A program made the position numbers and the translations under genes. 64,000 bases of DNA, taken from assembly GCA_965240325.2 (NCBI GenBank), contig OZ251226.1:3348001-3412000 (forward strand), read 5' to 3'. The notes beneath the pieces were generated by a model. The model was not told the DNA's origin. It ran no database searches and worked only from the letters and a program-made list of their open reading frames with translations. This document shows positions 10,134 through 20,358 of the stretch, one piece after another. Origin of the DNA: Rebecca billardiae RCC1528. Taxonomy: Eukaryota > Protista > Haptophyta. Positions within the stretch are counted from its first letter, which is position 1. Each line of letters opens with the position of its first letter.

Positions 10134-11208
10134 AAGGGTGGTCAGGGTCGCCGACTCCAGCGGAGGCCGGCGCCGGAGGTTCACCTCCGATTTTTTGCAG
10201 CGGCGCGGCGCGCGGGGCCGCCGCCGCTGTGGCGGGCCGCTCGGGGCGTGCACGGCGTGGGCTCGTGCGGCCGCTGCCGCGCACGCCGAGCGATCCGGCG
10301 CGGGCTCGCGGCTTGTCGATGGCCTCGCGCGCCGCAGCGCGACGCGCGCCTTGCCTAGCTTCGCCTGTCTCGCGCCTTGGCCGCCGTGCACGCGTGCGCC
10401 GCCAAACCGCAAGCTCGGCATACCTCTCAGCCGAGCGTGCACGTGCCTTGCGCGACGCGACGCGGGCATTGCCGCCAGGCGATGTAGGCGTAGTGCGAGC
10501 GCGCGCCGTGAAGCCTCAGCGCGGATCGAGAGTGTCTTCAACGTCTCGGTCAGCTGTCGACAACTGCTTTCGCATCAACCACCAATGGACATCACGGTCC
10601 TCCGTTGAACGATGGGCTATCGCGACGCTGCGACTCGTGAAGACTAGTCGAGCGTTGTAGCCAAAACGATGAACGCCACTATGACGTGTGTGTGAGCCTT
10701 GCGTGACGATGCGACGTGACGATCGCCCCGGCAAGAGAGTCAGTCGTGCAGCTTTCAGCACTGCTCAACGAACAGACGGTCCACGCGCGTACGCGGCATC
10801 ATTTCATTGTTCTCGATCCGCGCCGAGGCTTCACGGCGCGCGCTCGCACTACGCCTACATCGCCTGGCGGCGATGCCCGCGTCGCGTCGCGCAAGGCACG
10901 TGCACGCTCGGCTGAGAGGTATGCCGAGCTTGCGGTTTGGCGGCGCACGCGTGCACGGCGGCCAAGGCGCGAGACAGGCGAAGCTAGGCAAGGCGCGCGT
11001 CGCGCTGCGGCGCGCGAGGCCATCGACAAGCCGCGAGCCCGCGCCGGATCGCTCGGCGTGCGCGGCAGCGGCCGCACGAGCCCACGCCGTGCACGCCCCG
11101 AGCGGCCCGCCACAGCGGCGGCGGCCCCGCGCGCCGCGCCGCTGCAAAAAATCGGAGGTGAACCTCCGGCGCCGGCCTCCGCTGGAGTCGGCGACCCTGA
11201 CCACCCTT
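10134..11208. mobile_element. Non-autonomous Mutator/foldback-like element 2, a different sequence from element 1
   Basis: About 398-bp TIRs (10134-10531 and 10811-11208) starting AAGGG. TSD GGTCCGGGC at 10125-10133 and 11209-11217. Confidence 0.9.
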
Positions 11209-11301
11209 GGTCCGGGCCGCTTGTTCAGCGTGAAACGCTTCGCAGCGGAGAGCGGAAAGACGTCGACCTCGGAGCGCGGAGTCACGAGCGACCCGAACGG
11301 C

Positions 11302-11943
11302 ATGCCTGACGTGCGCACCCGCGCCGAGCAGCTGGCCGAGTGGAAGGCGAGTCGCAGCGTGCCCCGCGACGAGCCAAAGGTGGTCGCTCCCGCTGAAGCC
11401 GGGGCCAAACCAAAGGCCAAGCGGGAGGCGATCGCCAAGCCGGCAAATGCGAGGCGCTACGTGACGACAGGCACGGCCGCTGCAGCTGCCGCGCATGCGC
11501 AGGGCGTGTCCGCCTCATCACGGAGGGAGGAGCTCGCCAAGTGGCGCCAGGCGCGACATGGCGGGCCGAAACAGGCTCGTCCACGTCAAAGCGGCGTCGA
11601 CACTGCGGTGGACCAGAGCCTGACCTCGTGTGGCTCACCTCCGAGCGCAGACGGCGCACCCGACTCTGCTTGCCTGCGCGCTCGCGCGCAGTCCCCGGGC
11701 GAGGTCGAGCGCATCCTCGTCGGCCTGCAGCCAAGGCGGCAGCCTCTGTTTCCTCACGAAACTAATGGGTTGGCGATGAATTCGACCCCGTCGCGAGCAA
11801 AGGACCTGAACCGAGGCGGAGCTGCGGGCTCGGGCGTGACGCAGTGCGACTCGACGCAAGCCGGCACAGGCAGCGCAATCACGGCCGCGGCGTTGGAGCC
11901 TCCAACGCCGTCGCTCTTGCGATATCTTGAGCCGTCGTTCTGA
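11302..11943 (+). CDS. Hypothetical basic disordered protein
   Basis: ATG at 11302 with coding-like codons. Two R..(Q/E)LA.W(K/R) motifs. Confidence 0.55.
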   Translation: MPDVRTRAEQLAEWKASRSVPRDEPKVVAPAEAGAKPKAKREAIAKPANARRYVTTGTAAAAAAHAQGVSASSRREELAKWRQARHGGPKQARPRQSGVDTAVDQSLTSCGSPPSADGAPDSACLRARAQSPGEVERILVGLQPRRQPLFPHETNGLAMNSTPSRAKDLNRGGAAGSGVTQCDSTQAGTGSAITAAALEPPTPSLLRYLEPSF

Positions 11944-12185
11944 GCAATATCGGATGCGCTGTGACGATAAGCGTTGCGCCTGAGAGCTGCACCTCAACAC
12001 TGACTCGCTCCGACGACGACAATGCTGGACACCGGCCGTGGGAGTGGGCGCGGGGCGCCGCGGGCAACCTCGCCCAGCGCGGCCCAGCAGGCCGGACGGC
12101 CCCAGAATCCCAGATCGTCCGGTTTTTACTTTTTAGGTTCCGGTGAGCAAACCTGCAGCGCACCGGAAGTGTTGCAGGGCGCGGA

Positions 12186-12754
12186 GCGTTGCGCCAGCTG
12201 GACAAACGCGAAGGACCCAAGACCCAGGATCCTTGGACTTGTGGAGGGCCCTGGCGAGACCTGCACTCGGATCGGGGCCCTCTCTCGCTGTGCCGCTTTC
12301 GGCGCACGCCCGGCCGCGCGGCGGGCGACGTGTGCGCACGCCGTGCAGCTCGCGGCGCGTGCGCATTGGCTAGCTGGCACACGTCTCCCGACGCACAAGG
12401 CAAATGACCGCAGCTGGGATGCTCTTTCGCGCCGCAAGAACGCGTGCGAGGCCGGTCGCCGCGGCCGAGCGGCGTGGCCGTGCCGCCTGCACGCTGGGCG
12501 CCCATGGACGTGGCTTCGCCGCGCGCGCTGAGGCCGGCGAGCGTCGCGACCGACTTCCACGACGCGTGCGACGCGCCATCTGCCCGCTTCCTTGCCTGTG
12601 ACGCACGTCTTCTGCGGGCAGTGGCGACTCGCGCGCCCATGCGGCGGCGAAGCCGCCATCCGCCGCGCTTTGCCGTTGGACAGCGCGGAACATTTCTTTT
12701 TGAAAAGCGCCGATCTGAAAAGACCGGAAGGCGTTTGTCCAGCTGGCGCAACGC
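12186..12754. repeat. Perfect 24-bp inverted repeat pair upstream of the ankyrin gene
   Basis: gcgttgcgccagctggacaaacgc at 12186-12209 and its reverse complement at 12731-12754. Confidence 0.7.
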
Positions 12755-12787
12755 CCCTGGGAGACACGCGCTTTCACCTGATCGGCC

Positions 12788-13777
12788 ATGCTGATGACGC
12801 TCGCGCGTGCGACGCTGCGGCGGGCCTCGCCGCGCGCGCTCGGCGCGGCGGTGCCACGTCGGCCGTTCAGCGGTGGTGACATTTCCCCTGCCACTGCATC
12901 CGACCGCGCCGCCGCGCTCATCGACGCGATCAAGGCGGGCGACGACGACTTTGCTGCGGACATGCTCGCCGAGCCCGCGCCGATCGACCTCGACCTGTCC
13001 GACCCGTACGGCTCGACGGCGCTGACGCTGGCCTCGCGCGGGGGCTTCCTGGAGCTCGTGCGCCACCTCCTCGCGCGCGAGCCTCCGCCGCCCATCAACG
13101 CGCAGAACGCCTTCGGCTCGACGGCGCTGATGTGCGCGGCCGCATCCGGCCATGCAGACGTGTGCACGGTGCTGCTCGCGCGCGAGGACGTGGACGTGGA
13201 CGTGCGCACGCAGTTCGGCTCGACGGCGCTGAGCAAGGCCGCCGAGGCGGGGCACGCGCAGATCGTCGAGCAGCTGCTCGCGCGCGGCGCCGACGCGAGC
13301 GTGAGCAACCGGCTCGGCCACACCGCGGCCGAGCTCGCCGCGAACCGCGGGCACTCTGAGACGGCCAGGCTGCTGGCGGGCGTCGGCGGCGCGGCGGCGG
13401 CAGGGTCGCAGCCCGACAGCGCGGACGCGCCGCCGGCGCCGCGCCCGCCCGCGCCGAGCGCGCCGCTGCCGCTCGTCAGCGCGACGGTGTGCGGGCTGCG
13501 CGCCGGCAGCACCGTGTGCAAGCTGGACAGCGCCGTGCAGGGGCCGCCCGGCACCGTGCTCGCGGCGCGCGCCGACGGGCTGCCGCACGTGCTGCCGGTC
13601 AACGAGAAAGTGCGGCTGCGCCGCGACCCGGACGCGAAGCCGCAGGGCTGGCTCATCGTCGAGGTCGTGCCCGAGGATTCGCGCGGCCGCGTGAAGCAGC
13701 GCTGCCTGCACCCGCGCCGGCCGTACGCCAAGAAGTGCATCGACTGCCCGGACAAGCGCCTCAGCACCGTGAGCTGA
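12788..13777 (+). CDS. Ankyrin-repeat protein with a mitochondrial-like presequence and a C-terminal TRAM-like/Cys domain
   Basis: Repeats GSTALTLASRGG, GSTALMCAAASGH, GSTALSKAAEAGH, GHTAAELAANRGH. Arg-rich N-terminus without acidic residues. Confidence 0.85.
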   Translation: MLMTLARATLRRASPRALGAAVPRRPFSGGDISPATASDRAAALIDAIKAGDDDFAADMLAEPAPIDLDLSDPYGSTALTLASRGGFLELVRHLLAREPPPPINAQNAFGSTALMCAAASGHADVCTVLLAREDVDVDVRTQFGSTALSKAAEAGHAQIVEQLLARGADASVSNRLGHTAAELAANRGHSETARLLAGVGGAAAAGSQPDSADAPPAPRPPAPSAPLPLVSATVCGLRAGSTVCKLDSAVQGPPGTVLAARADGLPHVLPVNEKVRLRRDPDAKPQGWLIVEVVPEDSRGRVKQRCLHPRRPYAKKCIDCPDKRLSTVS

Positions 13778-14132
13778 CACTGCGGGGCCACTGCGACGGG
13801 CTGCGGCACGCGGGCTCTGACACCCGTGGGGACCGCCGCGGGGGCGGGGCCGTGGGGGTCTGCCCATGATCGCCGATCCGATGGTGACCGTCTGTGATCA
13901 GCAGACTGCCAGATCTACAGCACGCCCGTGCACTGCGGTCCCCGAGAAGACAGTGATGACCGAGACAGAAAGGTCATCAGCTCCGTGGAATTCCAACTCC
14001 GGAAGGCCGGACTCGGGAGTGCGTGCAGCGTGCACTACGTCAGTTCCAGCACGGCTTTCTGATTGGCCGATGGACAAGCTGCATGTTGATCAGCGGGCGT
14101 GAGCGGACGCACTTTGCTTGCAGCATTCGTGC

Positions 14133-14825
14133 ATGGGAGCGCAGACGGCCGCCAGGATGGTTTGGGGGGCGGGCTGCCTCGTTGCGGCCGTGCTCGCACA
14201 GGCACCGCCGACGTGGCCGCTCCGCTTCCGTGCCTCGTGCTGGCGCACGCGCGGCCCCGATAAGTCCATCGTCGAGTTCTACTACGACTTTGAGCATGGG
14301 CGCGCCGTCAACATCATCACGAGCCAGGCGCTCGATCGGCTCGGCAACGGCTCGCTGTGGGACTACGAGCGCTCCGACGGCCTCTCCTTCTACTACCAGC
14401 CAAAGACAGGGTCGTGCACGGCGAAAGAGATGGGCTTTGGGCTACTCAGCCCCGACTGGCTCTCGAAGCCCCCTGCGGCGAAGCTGGTCGGCAGGGAGCG
14501 CATCGGACTGTTTCCAGCAGACAAGTGGGCAAAGGGGACGTGGGCGGGTGCGACAGCCGCGACTGGGCTGCACGACCCCAGGGCGGCACACCAGGCGCCA
14601 TTCGTCACGTACTGGGCGGAGGCTGGGACCGGCCGCCCACTGCGCTGGGCCTTCGGCCCAGACGTGATGATCTTCGACGTGATCCACTGGGCGCCCAACG
14701 AGACGCTGAGCGAGGCGGAGTGGGCGTTGCCCGCCTTTTGCGACGAGCAGCTGCGAGGCACGAAGCCAAAGGAGCAGCAAGACGAGACGCGCGCACCTGC
14801 CCTCGCGGCGGTGGATGAACCTTGA
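14133..14825 (+). CDS. Secreted At4g14100-like (ependymin-related fold) protein
   Basis: Signal peptide followed by PPTWPLRF, FYYDF..GR..NII, C..GLLSPDWL, RPLRW and WALPAFC. Confidence 0.75.
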   Translation: MGAQTAARMVWGAGCLVAAVLAQAPPTWPLRFRASCWRTRGPDKSIVEFYYDFEHGRAVNIITSQALDRLGNGSLWDYERSDGLSFYYQPKTGSCTAKEMGFGLLSPDWLSKPPAAKLVGRERIGLFPADKWAKGTWAGATAATGLHDPRAAHQAPFVTYWAEAGTGRPLRWAFGPDVMIFDVIHWAPNETLSEAEWALPAFCDEQLRGTKPKEQQDETRAPALAAVDEP

Positions 14826-15324
14826 TAATCAGGATACGCGGTGATAGCGCAGGACTGTACATACGGTCGGATCGGACTATCTCGTAAATACTTAATTGTA
14901 CTTAACGACCGCCGCATATATATCGTCAATTATTGACGAGGATGAATACGCATGCGGCAGCTGTAGCTAGCTACGACGCGCGCGCGGCGCCGCGCGCTAG
15001 TCGCTACTCTCACGACGACGTAGCAGCAGTCTAGCAGACACTGGCGGTAGGCTTTTCATGCGCCGCGATGACCGGAGTCCGGACGACTGACGATTCGCGC
15101 GGATCGATCGATACATGCTCGCTGCAAATCGGATTCGCCGAATAATTATACCCCGCCTGCATGTAATAATGTTATTATACTCATATATCGACGACGACGA
15201 CGACGATATACTAAATTGAGTAACATAATTGTTTTAGAAGCGCGCAGACTTAATCGTCTCATCATCAATAAGCTCGTCACTGTGGCAGCCGGCGTGAGAC
15301 ACTGAGACTGGCTACCGTGAGTAC

Positions 15325-15362
15325 ACTCATTCTATGATTTAACGACACAGGTAGGACGACGC
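15325..15362 (+). repeat. Solo 38-bp terminal fragment identical to 47705-47742
   Basis: actcattctatgatttaacgacacaggtaggacgacgc is an exact match at both sites, and the flanks differ. Confidence 0.85.
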
Positions 15363-15632
15363 TGAGTAACTACTGTCGATCATAATAGTATATATAGTAG
15401 TACGTACAATATCAATAATGAGTCGACAGTTGTTACTGAAGTCACTGGCATCGTAGTGACTGGCTCTGTCAGTGATGATGACGATGATGCTGAACTCTCG
15501 GTACCGTACCGTTGCTACGCCTGCTAGAGTGCTACGGGCTACCGCTACGGGCCTACGGCATAGCTGCTACTAAAGCTGTGAAACGTACGTATATATACTA
15601 TAAGAACCGAGCAGTGACATTGCTGCGCGCTG

Positions 15633-15636
<4 letters not shown>

Positions 15637-15683
<47 letters not shown>
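15637..15683. repeat. (TA)n microsatellite
   Basis: Read directly from the sequence. Confidence 0.95.
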
Positions 15684-15689
<6 letters not shown>

Positions 15690-15925
15690 TAAAAGCAGCA
15701 GCAGTGACTCATCCTGCTGTCACACGGACTCACCGTAGTTGACGGCGACGCGATGCTATAGCGCATCAGTTACCGTACCGGCGTACGGTACGACGATGGC
15801 ATCAGCATGCGCTCAGGCCTCCCAGCACTCGGCGGCGCTGAATCGCTGTATCATTCGGGCTGCGCGCGCGTGCCGACTGTTGAGGTGGCATCGGTATGCA
15901 CCAAGCTCCAGCATCCACGAGTCGT

Positions 15926-17980
15926 TCACCAATCGCCGCAGTGCGCCGCGCCTGCCGCGCGCTGCCGCCAGGGCCGCAGGCCGACGCAGTGCCGCTCCAT
16001 CAGCTCGCGCCAGCTGAGCACGGGGCCGTCCGGCCCGGCGCGCAGCAGCGCCGAGGGCGCGGCGCGCAGGAAGAAGGGCGCGGCGCAGCGCGGCGGCTGC
16101 CCCGCGCGCCCGCGCACCCACGGCACCCGGTGCACGGGCGCCTGCACCGCGCCGCCGCTCAGCCACGCCAGCCCCTCGCCCGCAAAGACGAGGAGCTCGC
16201 CCGCGCGCAGCGACGCCTCGGGCTGAGCGCGCGCGCCGCTGCCGGGCTCGATGAGCTCGAGCGCGGGCGCGGTGGAGCGCGGCGCGAGCGTGAGCAGCCC
16301 CATGTCCGCGTGCGCACCCGACGCGCCGCCGAGCCCGCCGTCCGCGCCGCCGCCCGCCGCGCCGCCCGCGCCGTCGGCGCGCGGCGCGTGCGCGTGCAGC
16401 AGGAAGCGCTGGACGGACGGCCCGAAGCGCACCTCCGCGGGCGCGGGGTGGAGGGCGGCGGCGCGCGCGCCGAGGAGCTCGTCGAGCGGCGGGTTGAGCG
16501 CGGCGAGACCCGCGTGGTGCAGGAGCGCGCGCAGGACCGCGCCCGCCGCGCGCTCCGTCTGCTCGTGCACGCGCGCGCACGCGTCGCACGCGCGCGGCAG
16601 GCGCTCGCCCGGCCACGAGACGGCGGGCGCGCCGCGCCGGAAGTTGAACCAGAGGCGCGCGCGGTCGGCGCCGATGCCGACGTACCGCCCGCCGTCGAAG
16701 AGGACGCGGTGCCTCGGCGCGCCCTCCGCGTGCACCGCGCGCATCGCACCGTACGCCTCCGCCAGACGCGCCTCGAACGCGCCGCCGCGCCGTGCGCCCA
16801 GGCTGACCACCGCCCAGCCGCGTGCGCGCAGCGCCGCCCACAGACCGCACAGCGCGCGCGGCGAGAGCGCGTCGAGCTCGGCGAGGGGGATGGCGGGCGG
16901 GCGGCCCGCGGGCGTGGGCGCGCGCCGCGCGAGGCCGAGGGCGCGCGCGAGCGCGGAGGCCGCCGTCGCCTCCGCCTCCGCCGCCGCCTCCGCCGCGTCC
17001 GCGCGCGCCGCGCCGCCGCCCGCTGCTGCTCGGTGCAGCAGCTCGATGCGCAGCGCGTGCGCCGGGCGGCGCGCGCGAGCGGGGCCGGCGCACGCGCACC
17101 GCCTGAAGCGGTTGAGCAGCGTGAGCTCGGCCGCGGGCATGCCGTGCTGCGCCTCGCCCTCGAGCACGAAGAGCAGCTCCGCGCCTTCGCCTTGGCCTTC
17201 GCCCCTGCGCGGGGGCAGGCCTGCCCACGCTCGCACGCGCAGGTCGTCGCGCTCGGCCGGCAGCCGCAGGAGCAGCTCGGCGCGCCCGGCGCTGGCGAGG
17301 CGGAGGACGGCCGGCATGCGCGCGGCCCAGCGCGGCCACGCGCCCTCCGCGCGCGTCTCGCAGCTCTGCGCCGCGCGTGCAAACCTCGCCTGCGCCTCCC
17401 ACGCGGCCTGGATCGCTGCCCAGCGCGGGGCGAGCTGCTTGCCCTGCTCGAGCAGGTTGGCCGCCTCGACGAGGCGGAGGTCGGCGAGGTCGCGCGGCTC
17501 GTACACGATCGGCCCGAACCGCCCGCTCAGCTCGCCGCGCTCCAAGTCCCGCGGCCGCGCGCACGCGTGGAAGAGGTGGGCCAGGTGCTCGGCGCGCGCG
17601 CCAAACGCGCGCGCGATCTGCGCGCGCCGCTCGGGGCTCGGCGCGATGGTGACGCGCGTGAAGACGTTGGTGCCGTAGACGGAGTGCAGCGCGCCCGCGA
17701 CGCACAACTCCTCCGCGCACAGCGCGCCGCGCAGCAGGTCGAACGTGCCGAGCAGGTGCTCGCCGAGCGACGCGCGCGTGCGCCTGTCGTGCAGCGTGCG
17801 GAACGCGCCCTCGGCGAGGAGGAACGCCTCGAGGTCGGCGCGCACGCCGCCGAGCTCGTCGGTGGGGGCCCGCCCGCGCGCCGCGAGCACGCGCAGGCTC
17901 GCGCGCGCGTGGCTCAGCTCGGTCGTCGCCTGGTAGTGCAGGGGCCGCCGCTTGCGAGGCGGCGAATCGCCCGCGCCCAT
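15926..17980 (-). CDS. DUF6817 (HD-like) domain fused to an IPNS-like 2OG-Fe(II) oxygenase
   Basis: SLGEHLLGTFDLL...AGALHSVYGTNVF...GARAEHLAHLF at the N-terminus. HADMGLLTL, VFAGEGL, APVHRV and RCAAPFF at the C-terminus. Confidence 0.8.
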   Translation of the reverse strand: MGAGDSPPRKRRPLHYQATTELSHARASLRVLAARGRAPTDELGGVRADLEAFLLAEGAFRTLHDRRTRASLGEHLLGTFDLLRGALCAEELCVAGALHSVYGTNVFTRVTIAPSPERRAQIARAFGARAEHLAHLFHACARPRDLERGELSGRFGPIVYEPRDLADLRLVEAANLLEQGKQLAPRWAAIQAAWEAQARFARAAQSCETRAEGAWPRWAARMPAVLRLASAGRAELLLRLPAERDDLRVRAWAGLPPRRGEGQGEGAELLFVLEGEAQHGMPAAELTLLNRFRRCACAGPARARRPAHALRIELLHRAAAGGGAARADAAEAAAEAEATAASALARALGLARRAPTPAGRPPAIPLAELDALSPRALCGLWAALRARGWAVVSLGARRGGAFEARLAEAYGAMRAVHAEGAPRHRVLFDGGRYVGIGADRARLWFNFRRGAPAVSWPGERLPRACDACARVHEQTERAAGAVLRALLHHAGLAALNPPLDELLGARAAALHPAPAEVRFGPSVQRFLLHAHAPRADGAGGAAGGGADGGLGGASGAHADMGLLTLAPRSTAPALELIEPGSGARAQPEASLRAGELLVFAGEGLAWLSGGAVQAPVHRVPWVRGRAGQPPRCAAPFFLRAAPSALLRAGPDGPVLSWRELMERHCVGLRPWRQRAAGAAHCGDW

Positions 17981-18380
17981 GCTGCCGCCGCCGCCCGGCC
18001 GCCGCCGGCGCTTATTTGCGCTCCTTCGGTCGCTCCTTCCCGGAATCCCGGCGGGGCGGCGGCACACTCGAGTGCAGAAGTCCAGAACGATGGCGTTTGG
18101 CCTGGCCGGTCAGCTCGCACGCGTCCTTGCTCGCGTCGTGCAGGGACGCGGGGCAGTATGACACTGCCATGCTGAAGTAAACTGCTGCTACTATATCGCG
18201 CGCGACTGCATGTGAAGCCTTGTGACCGGTGGCAGCGTAGCAGGCGCACCGGCGGCCTCTCCGCGCCGGCGCCGTGATGACACGTCCGCTCAGGGCGCGG
18301 CACTGTCGCGGCCGCCGGGCATGCTGGGTCAGATGAGCGCGTTCCACTTGGCCCGAGCGTCTCAGCGTGCCCGCGCGCGC

Positions 18381-20316
18381 TCACTTGCCCTTGGCGCCGG
18401 CCGTGCCCGCCGTGTCGCGCTCTGCCACGATGGCGGCGAGCTCGTCCAGCCTGCGCTGCAGCCGCGCCTCTCGCGCGAAGCGCGTGTAGTGGCGCGCCTT
18501 GAGCAGCTGGCCCACCCTCGCCGCCGAGTCGTTGAACTCCTGCTCGCCCACGCGCCCTTTCGCCGCGAAGCCCGACTTGCCCGTGAGCGCCGAGCCGCCC
18601 GCCGACGAGCCGCCGCCGACGGAGGGCGCGCGCGTCGAGCCGGCGGCCGAGTAGTCCCCGTCCCTGGCGCGCGCGGAGGCGACGGTGCTCTGCCCGACCT
18701 GGCTCGCGCTGAGGGCGGCGCCGGTGATCGCCGCCGACGCGGTGGACGTCCGCTTGCCCCCGTCTGTCGCGGTGCTGCTGCGCCGCGGCTTGGGCTTGCG
18801 GCGCGCGCCCGACACCGAGCCCGCGTGCGAGCCCTTGCCAGTGCCTGTGCGCGCGCGCGTGGTGCGTGCGGCGCGCGTGGTGCGTGCGCGGTGGGCGGGC
18901 GGAGCGTGAGCGTTCGCGTTCGCGCGAGCGCGGCGCGGCGCGCGCGCGGGCGCGGCGCGCGCGCGGCTCGCGCGCGCGCGCACGCGAGGCCTGCGAGCCG
19001 TTGACGCCGACGCGCTTGACGTCGTCGAGCAGCAGCGGGTGCGGCATCGCCAGGTCGTCCCCGCGCTGCTCGTGGCTGAAGGTGCCGAGCACCTGCGGCG
19101 GTGGCAGCACGCGGCGCGCGGCGCAGCGGCAAGGCACACGGCCGCGCACGCGCGCGGGGCACGGGGCGGGGCGGCGGGGCCGGGGCGGGCGGGCGTGAGC
19201 GCGGCCGCAGCGCGTGGCGCGCGCGCGCGCGCGCGCGCGCCCTCCACACGCCCCGCCGCGCGCCCAGCGCGCGCCCAGCGCGCGCCCAGCGCGCGCAGCC
19301 ACTTTGCCCGCGCGCACCTGCCGCAGCTCGTCCGCGGTGGCGTTCTTGCCGAGCCGTGTGAGCAGCGGCGGGTAGAAGCCCACCACGCAGTTGGGCACGT
19401 CCACGAGCACGAGCTGCGCGCCCGCGGAGGCGGGGGCGTGGGCGCCGCCCGGCGCGCTCAGGGCGGACGGCTCGGCGGAGACGGCCGCCGAGCCGGCGGC
19501 GGAGGCGGCGGCGGGTGCGGCCGCGGCCGACGCGCCGCCGCCCGGCGCGTCCGCGCCGCCGCTCGGCTCGGCCTCGGCGCCGCCGTCGGCCGCGGGCGCG
19601 TCCGCGCTCGCGCGCGCAGGCGGCGCGTGCGCTCGCTCCTCGGGCACGGCGAGCAGCGTGAGGTGCTCGTCGTTGAGCAGCCGGCCCACGTGCTTCTCCG
19701 CCGCGCGGAAGCGCGTGCCCTCCGGCGGCACCACCTTGCCCACCCTCGCCCCCGCCAGGTCGAGGAAGTGCAGCGCGCCGCCGCCGTGGACGAGCAGCAG
19801 GCACACGGGCAGCGCCGCGCACATCAGCACGCGCTCGACGGCGGGCGCGGTCACGAGCGGCGGCTTGCGGAAGGCGAGCTTGCCCTGCCCGAGCTCGGGG
19901 TCGGGCCCGATGTCGTAGCACTGCACCGTCCCGCCCGCGTCCGCCGAGAGCAGGTAGCGCCCCTTGTCCAGCGACAGCCCCACCACCGGCTGCGCGCCCG
20001 CGTGCGATGCGAGCTCAAAGCGCTGCACGTACAGTGTGCTGTCGAGCAGAGCCACCGAGCCGTCGGCGTAGCCGAGCGCGAGGAGCGTGGTGGCGGGGTT
20101 GAGGGCGAGCGCGGTGATCGGCGCGGGCATTGCGCGCACCACGCGCGCCGGCCGCGCGAGCGCCTGCGGCGCGGCGAGCTCGCCGGGCGGCGGCAGCTGG
20201 TGATAGTGCACCGCCTCCGCGCCCGCGCCCCACACAAACAGCCCCGCGCACGCCAGCTGCAGCGCGCCGCCCATCTGGCGCGGCACGGGCGCGATGGTGA
20301 AGTGGACGGAGGCGCG

Positions 20317-20358
<42 letters not shown>

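Noticed and set aside
14899-14925. ttaacgac beside a TA run as another retroelement 3' tip
   Set aside because: Only 8 bp match.
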